A stretch of 63,844 nucleotides of DNA, filler included, from Folioceros fuciformis (Eukaryota), in NCBI GenBank assembly GCA_049999805.1. It is 8 parts of 8 records of this genome, joined end to end, with 100 filler letters (N's around TTAATTAATTAA, not from the genome) between each part and the next. Parts side by side here need not be neighbours in the genome. Positions count along the whole stretch, not along the records: positions 50,812 to 59,859 come from JBNGIO010001381.1; positions 59,960 to 61,486 come from JBNGIO010001386.1; positions 61,587 to 63,844 come from JBNGIO010001389.1; 5 more parts are not named here. One strand, 5' to 3'. The notes under the pieces are model-generated. The model made no database searches and was not told the origin of the DNA. It worked only from the letters and a program-made list of their open reading frames with translations. A program made the translations under genes and the position numbers. This document shows positions 58,366-63,844 of the stretch, one piece after another. How positions within the stretch are numbered: the first letter of the stretch is position 1; the number at the start of each line of letters is the position of its first letter.

Positions 58366-59859
58366 CTACGTAGTGCCGGTGACGAGCTTCTCTTGATTGT
58401 CCAGTCTCCTGATCTTGAACAGGCCTATGAGGACCTGCAGGCCCAGCAGGGCACTGGCGCTGAAGCCGGCTATAGCCGGAACCTTGACGCTATGGAGGTA
58501 GAGCATGGTAGCCAGGTTGAGGCAGGTTGCAGCAAGAATGGCCTGTCCTGTGGCTTGCTGCACCGCAGCCACCCGCTTGAAGGCACGCTCCGACTCGAGC
58601 GTGCGGACCCGCAGCTTCAGGTCACCTTGCTCCAGCCGCTGGATGACTTCTGCCAGCTTCTCCACCCGCTCTGGCTGGCGGACAAGATTAGCGACGGCGC
58701 GAGCCTGCCGCTCCCACCCCTTCTTCACCTCCTTGAAGAACACGCTGATGCCCACCTCCCGGAACTGCAGAAGCTCTAGCGCGTAAGGCTTGGCAATCTC
58801 CGTGATGTCGAAACGAGGGTCCAACCCTTTACCGATGCCGTCCAGCACAGAGAACGCGCGCACCACAAAGGTGAAGGTGGCCGGGAAACGGAATGGCTGA
58901 TCCACGGCGATGGACAACAGATCCTCCCCAATGGCAGCAAGCCGCAGCTTCTTTTTCTCCACCGCCTCCTCCCTCGTGAGGGGCTTCTTGAAGCCCAACT
59001 CGGTGGTTGCCTGTTCCTTCTCCAACCTCTGCGCAGCCAAACGCTCCTCAAAGCTGTTGAGGAAGAAGACGGCTGTTCGGCGGATGGCAGTCATGTCCCC
59101 GGTGGGCACCAGCACGCCCATCTGCACCATGGCAGCCAGCACCTTGTTGGGGTCCTTCTCGTACACCCCGTAGAACGCCTCCAGCAACCCCTCTCTGATG
59201 TTGGAGCTGATGCTCCCCATCATTCCGAAGTCGTAGAAGATCAACCTCCCGCCGTTGGCATCGTCCACAGCAATATTCCCAGGATGTGGATCCGCATGGA
59301 AGAAGCCGTGCCGCAGAATCTGTTCCAAATAAGACTCAACTGCATACCTCGCCAGCTTCTGCCTGTCCACTCCCAGCTGGTCTAGAGCCTCTATCCTGTT
59401 GATCTTGATCCCGGGAACATACTCCATCGTCAGCACCTGAGGAGTGGTTTGTTCCCAGTACACCTTGGGCACCTTCACATACTCCAGGTCCTTGAAATTC
59501 TTGGCGAACAGCTCTGAATTAGCCGCCTCCGTACAGTAATTGATCTCCTCGTAAAGCACATTGGCGCATTCATCATAAATAGCCACCCAGTCCCTCTTAG
59601 CACCATCCGACTTGGGGTCCAACTTCTGCAAATTCTCCGCAATCACCCGCAGGTTCTTGAGATCGATGTCGAAGAGCTCCTTCAACCCCGGGCGCTGCAC
59701 CTTGACCACCACCTCCTCCCCATTCAGTCTCGCCCGGTGAACCTGCCCCAAACTGGCCGCCGCGATGGGGTCCCGATCGAACCTCTCAAACACCTCCTCC
59801 ACCGGCTTTCCCAGCTCCTCCTCCACAATTTTCACGGCCGTGGCGGACTCAAACGGCGG
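58366..59859 (-). CDS. ABC1K8: ABC1 atypical kinase 8 (OSA1/ATH13-like, plastid), 3' part without introns (5' lost in gap)
   Basis: [109 protein letters not shown]. Confidence 0.92.
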   Translation of the reverse strand, partial: PPFESATAVKIVEEELGKPVEEVFERFDRDPIAAASLGQVHRARLNGEEVVVKVQRPGLKELFDIDLKNLRVIAENLQKLDPKSDGAKRDWVAIYDECANVLYEEINYCTEAANSELFAKNFKDLEYVKVPKVYWEQTTPQVLTMEYVPGIKINRIEALDQLGVDRQKLARYAVESYLEQILRHGFFHADPHPGNIAVDDANGGRLIFYDFGMMGSISSNIREGLLEAFYGVYEKDPNKVLAAMVQMGVLVPTGDMTAIRRTAVFFLNSFEERLAAQRLEKEQATTELGFKKPLTREEAVEKKKLRLAAIGEDLLSIAVDQPFRFPATFTFVVRAFSVLDGIGKGLDPRFDITEIAKPYALELLQFREVGISVFFKEVKKGWERQARAVANLVRQPERVEKLAEVIQRLEQGDLKLRVRTLESERAFKRVAAVQQATGQAILAATCLNLATMLYLHSVKVPAIAGFSASALLGLQVLIGLFKIRRLDNQEKLVTGTT

Positions 59860-59959
59860 NNNNNNNNNNNNNNNNNNNNNNNNNNNNNNNNNNNNNNNNN
59901 NNNTTAATTAATTAANNNNNNNNNNNNNNNNNNNNNNNNNNNNNNNNNNNNNNNNNNNN
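59860..59959. other. Artificial contig linker
   Basis: N44-TTAATTAATTAA-N44. Confidence 0.98.
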
Positions 59960-60779
59960 AAACTAATGATACTTAACTAGACACTAATCTTAGACTAAAC
60001 ACATTAACTAGACACTAATCTTAGACTAAACACATTAGCCTAAGCACATTGGGCTTTAATAACCCTACAGTATGGAGTGTCCGCCTTCGTGCCATGGCAC
60101 CGAAGAGAGAGTGGGAGGGCCAAAGTGGCCAGCTGGTTGGCGCTTTGTGCCCCCTACTAATCCCTTGGTGACTTTCTCGTGTTTTGCAAGGACTATAGAA
60201 AATAGTTTTCCCTCATCCTCATTGTTAGGCATCTTTGTCCACACTCCTCACCGACCTGTAGCATCCATAGGCCGATGATTGGGCCCCACCCCGTGCCCTG
60301 GTAGACCATGGGTTCAACATGTAATTGACCTTGGAGTGTGTAAAATTGTGGGCATTTTGAGAGACCTTTCTCTTCACCAGAAAACCGATCATGGAAGGTG
60401 ATGCTATGCCTCACCACATATAACGGTAATGCAGGAAAATACAGTGCATACTGCTATTTTGGATTCTAGTCAAGCGAAGAACTGTTCCCACCCCACTATA
60501 ACACTTATACCTTTGCTTTGAAAGCAAGATGACTTGCATGCATGGTTTGCCACATGGGCTTAAAACAAGCATTCAAAGGCATTGTTCACAAATCATTGAC
60601 CATGCATGAATACTACATGTGATGAAATTGAGTGTCCTAGCCAATAGACTAACCTTGTTTTCCCGCCTTCCTTTCCCACAAAGGTGCAAAAAATGCCAAA
60701 TTTGACATCATCGACCTCAATACAAGAATATCGTACATTTGCCATCCTTCATGCATATTCCCTCCCTTGCAAATTTCTC

Positions 60780-61486
60780 GTGTTTACAGTAGGTTTGTAC
60801 ATTCTAGGCCAGTAAAACAACTTCTTCAACTTCTCACAAGTTGTGTCAATTCCCTGATGACCAACACTTGGCACATCGTGACATTCTGCTAGCAACTTTC
60901 TTCTCAGCTCTTGAGAATCAGGAATCACAATCCTGTTTTGCTTGAACATTAACAAGGCATTTCTAAGCTTAAACTTAGACCCCAGTTGCCCACTTCATTG
61001 ATCCAATCTTGCACTAATGCATCGCACAGATAACCCTCCTTAATCTACGTATGACTATCCCTTGGCTCAATCACCATTTGTGTTGCAGCTAGCTTAGGAT
61101 TCTTTAGCTTAAAAGCATATATTAAACTTAACTCCTACTTGCGATTAGGAGCATCTGCCACAAGATTCTCCTTCCTTGGCTTATACTTAATCTCCACATC
61201 ATACATCACTAGAAAATCTTGCCATCTAGCTTGCCTTGCATTTAGTCACAACGGATTAGAAAAGAAGGTTGTACTCACATTATCTGTGTATAGCACAAAA
61301 GATCTTCCAAGAAGATAGTGTCTCCAAATCTTAAGACAATTGATGCAGCTGTCATCTCCTTCTCATATGTGGGGTATTTCCTCTCATGTTCATGCAACTT
61401 TCTTGAATCGTAAGCCATCGGCTACCTTCTTGCATAAGCACTCCTCCAATAGCTATATTTGACCCATTAGTATACACTTCTATATT
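60780..61486 (-). mobile_element. Ty3/gypsy pol remnant (RNase H and integrase zinc-finger start)
   Basis: Degenerate IGGVLMQ..AYDSRKL..HERKYPTYEKEM, RQARWQDFL, IKYKPRKENLVADA, then LRRKLLAECHDVPSVGHQG..FYWPRM, in gypsy domain order. Confidence 0.85.
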
Positions 61487-61586
61487 NNNNNNNNNNNNNN
61501 NNNNNNNNNNNNNNNNNNNNNNNNNNNNNNTTAATTAATTAANNNNNNNNNNNNNNNNNNNNNNNNNNNNNNNNNNNNNNNNNNNN
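61487..61586. other. Artificial contig linker
   Basis: N44-TTAATTAATTAA-N44. Confidence 0.98.
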
Positions 61587-63159
61587 CCCACACACCTATG
61601 CCCAACCCCCTTCTGCACGCTCCTGAGGACACAACTCACCCTCACACGCCCGACTTAGGGTCCCACACACGCCGGCACCCGTCTCCACAGGCACCCCTTA
61701 CTTCGCATTTTCCACGGCCACAAGTTAGCTAGACGATTCTTGCCTTTCTAAACTGCACCACCACTATCCCCTGATCATCCTATCTGATCTAGCCCTATCT
61801 AACATAGTTTCCTAATTATATCTTCAAGGAATTCTATCAAAACTCCCAAAAAAAAAACAAGTACCACCTATTTTCTAAGAGGCCTATCTACCATGTGGTC
61901 TCCACAAGGGTCTTGAATCTTTGCGTAGAATTCCCGCAACTCCCATTGGTGGCGCACCACCACTTGGCTTGTAGATTCAAGGAACATGATCCCAATCCTA
62001 TACATAGTTTGGCACAAATCAGGAAGATGTTAGAAGAACCGATGGGAAAATATTTAAGCACGAAAGACAAGGAGTGGTGGGGGTCATTTTGGTTGTCCCT
62101 AGAATGTCGCGCGTCGAATTGTAAGTGAAGGAGATCGGCAATTGAGTGTGCCTTGGGTATGGTATAACAAGGAGACAACGACATCCCCCATTGTGGAGGG
62201 GGAGGTGTATCCAGTCCTAGAAGAAGTGGATATAGTAGACAGACTTGCGAAGCCAAGGCATATGTACATCGGACCCTATCAGCCTACGGGAACTGTGGCA
62301 ATGGAGAGAGCAAGGCTGGAAGGCAAAGCTGCCAAAATCAGGGAGGGCGATATGATCGATGTCCCTTGTGAAGGCGATTCGCAGAATCGACCATTTTGAG
62401 TTGCCCAAGCCCAAGAGGTCAATACCACATCAACTAACCCCTACCTTTTCATACAATGGTGCATTATAGAAAATGTTAATGCATTCGAGGGTAGGTATTT
62501 GCCAAAGGAGATATGCCCCTCCCAGCTAGCAGGAAGAGGGGGAAAACGCCCACAAATTCGACATCCCCCAAAGTTGGATAAGAGAATTCGTGGGCATTTT
62601 CCCCCTCTTTCAAAAACATATATATTAGCATATGCTTTTTCTTTAACTTAAGATAGCACGCTACAACTAAGGACGCAGCAGCTCATAAAAACAAAGTTGT
62701 ATGAGCCACATTGTCAGCCCAAAAATATATTGGAGCTCTACTCCGATATTGCACCAGAGTCATTTTCCAGAGTCCGACCAAATTGGACGGACTAGGGTAA
62801 AGTAGCAGTGACGCCAAGTCTTCGGAGTAAGCCGCATGCCGGAGTTTACTCCACTGAATCAACCGTTGGACTGGCTTTTGGGACAGTCCGATAAAGAACA
62901 AGTACTCTAACATCATGTAGATGGCGGGGCGTAATCACCATGGGTGGTTGCAAGCATACCAAAATCGGAGCGTAAGTGCTTACTCTTGCCTTACTCCTTC
63001 TTACGCTGAACGATATGCTCCATCTTCCTTGACCTCCCTCCTTCTTCTCACTCCTCACTCTTCTTTCACCCCGCCAATCCAACTCTTCATGCTCCTCTTG
63101 TTTGCACACCTACCCTCTGTTGTAGCGACCTCCCTCACCCTCGTTGCCTCCCCAGCCAT

Positions 63160-63844
63160 AATCATGTCGTGGGGGCAGTTCTTGGAGATCGGCAACCCTT
63201 GGAAGATGAACGCCGAGCACATCCAGACCAGGTCTTATCCCAACTTGGCACCCTTGTACCCGAGACAACCGCACGCTTTGGATGGTGCAGATGATGAGGG
63301 AGGTCTACTGGCAACCATCGGAGGAGCGAGGAGGTCTCTACCTCAACTCGCAGCGTAGCAAAAACAAGGTCAAGGTCGCTGCTACGACACTCCTGCAGGC
63401 AAAATCCGCGAAGACAACCAATGGGTGGTTAATCCACGACATCCTGGACCTTCGAATCCGAGGAGTAGCCAGGCTCATCGTCAACTAGCTACTCATGACC
63501 AAGACGAATCACATCGCGGACGGAGTTCTACTCGTCCTTTATGGGTTGGCACAAGGCAACCTTGTGGATTGGGAAAAGGTGGTGGCACATCGGCTCCAAT
63601 CCGATGTTAGGAAACTTCGACAGGAGAAGCAACCCGCCTCAGGTCTCTCTCCCTTCCTTTTCCATATTTGGGATTATTTTGGAGTCTTGACCACCTCCGA
63701 AAAGGCAGCTTTGGCACGCCTTCCCCCTGCTCCCGTACCTCCAACCCCCACTCCCAATCCCAACCCTAGGAAGAAGGCTCCCGCGCCAGCAACCCAGCCT
63801 AAGGCCTTGGCCACGACCCCAGTACCCCTCCCTGTCTCAGAACC
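63160..63844 (+). mobile_element. Degenerate ORF, probably a TE accessory protein
   Basis: Stop-interrupted frame ...NGWLIHDILDLRIRGVARL..*..GNLVDWEKVVAHRLQSDV..LSPFLFHIWDYFGVL with a Pro-rich tail, resembling plant retrotransposon accessory ORFs. No catalytic motif seen. Confidence 0.35.

Overview
Eukaryotic nuclear DNA from a seed-free land plant. A hornwort is the best fit by inference: compact GC-rich genes, short introns of about 80-150 bp, PLS-class RNA-editing PPR genes with a 'PGxSWW' box, and a basal-body CEP76 gene. The window is eight contigs joined by seven artificial 100-bp linkers (N44-TTAATTAATTAA-N44), so adjacency across them is unproven and several genes are cut there. Contents in order: a nest of decayed transposons (possible hAT end, a Ty1/copia element with an extra upstream ORF, a second copia 5' remnant); a PPR pseudogene; an AT-rich ginkbilobin/DUF26 gene; DUF936/CORD; RPS10; a five-bladed glycosidase-like gene; a dual-specificity phosphatase; a bacterial/fungal-type CrtI phytoene desaturase; iPGAM (partial); an aldo-keto reductase; hyccin; CEP76 (partial); a GDSL lipase with a Pro-rich tail; plastid PGK; a long PLS-E+ PPR; a DDM1 gene fragment between two minisatellites; Lines; mitochondrial RPL46; a secreted vanadium-haloperoxidase-like PAP2 enzyme; acetylornithine aminotransferase (partial); eIF2B-alpha; intronless katanin p80; ABC1K8 (partial); and gypsy/TE remnants. 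The most unusual items are the haloperoxidase-like gene, the CrtI-type desaturase, the minisatellite-bracketed DDM1 fragment, the copia extra ORF and the AT-rich DUF26 gene. I found no clearly new multi-gene system. All family calls come from motif recognition by eye, not database searches.
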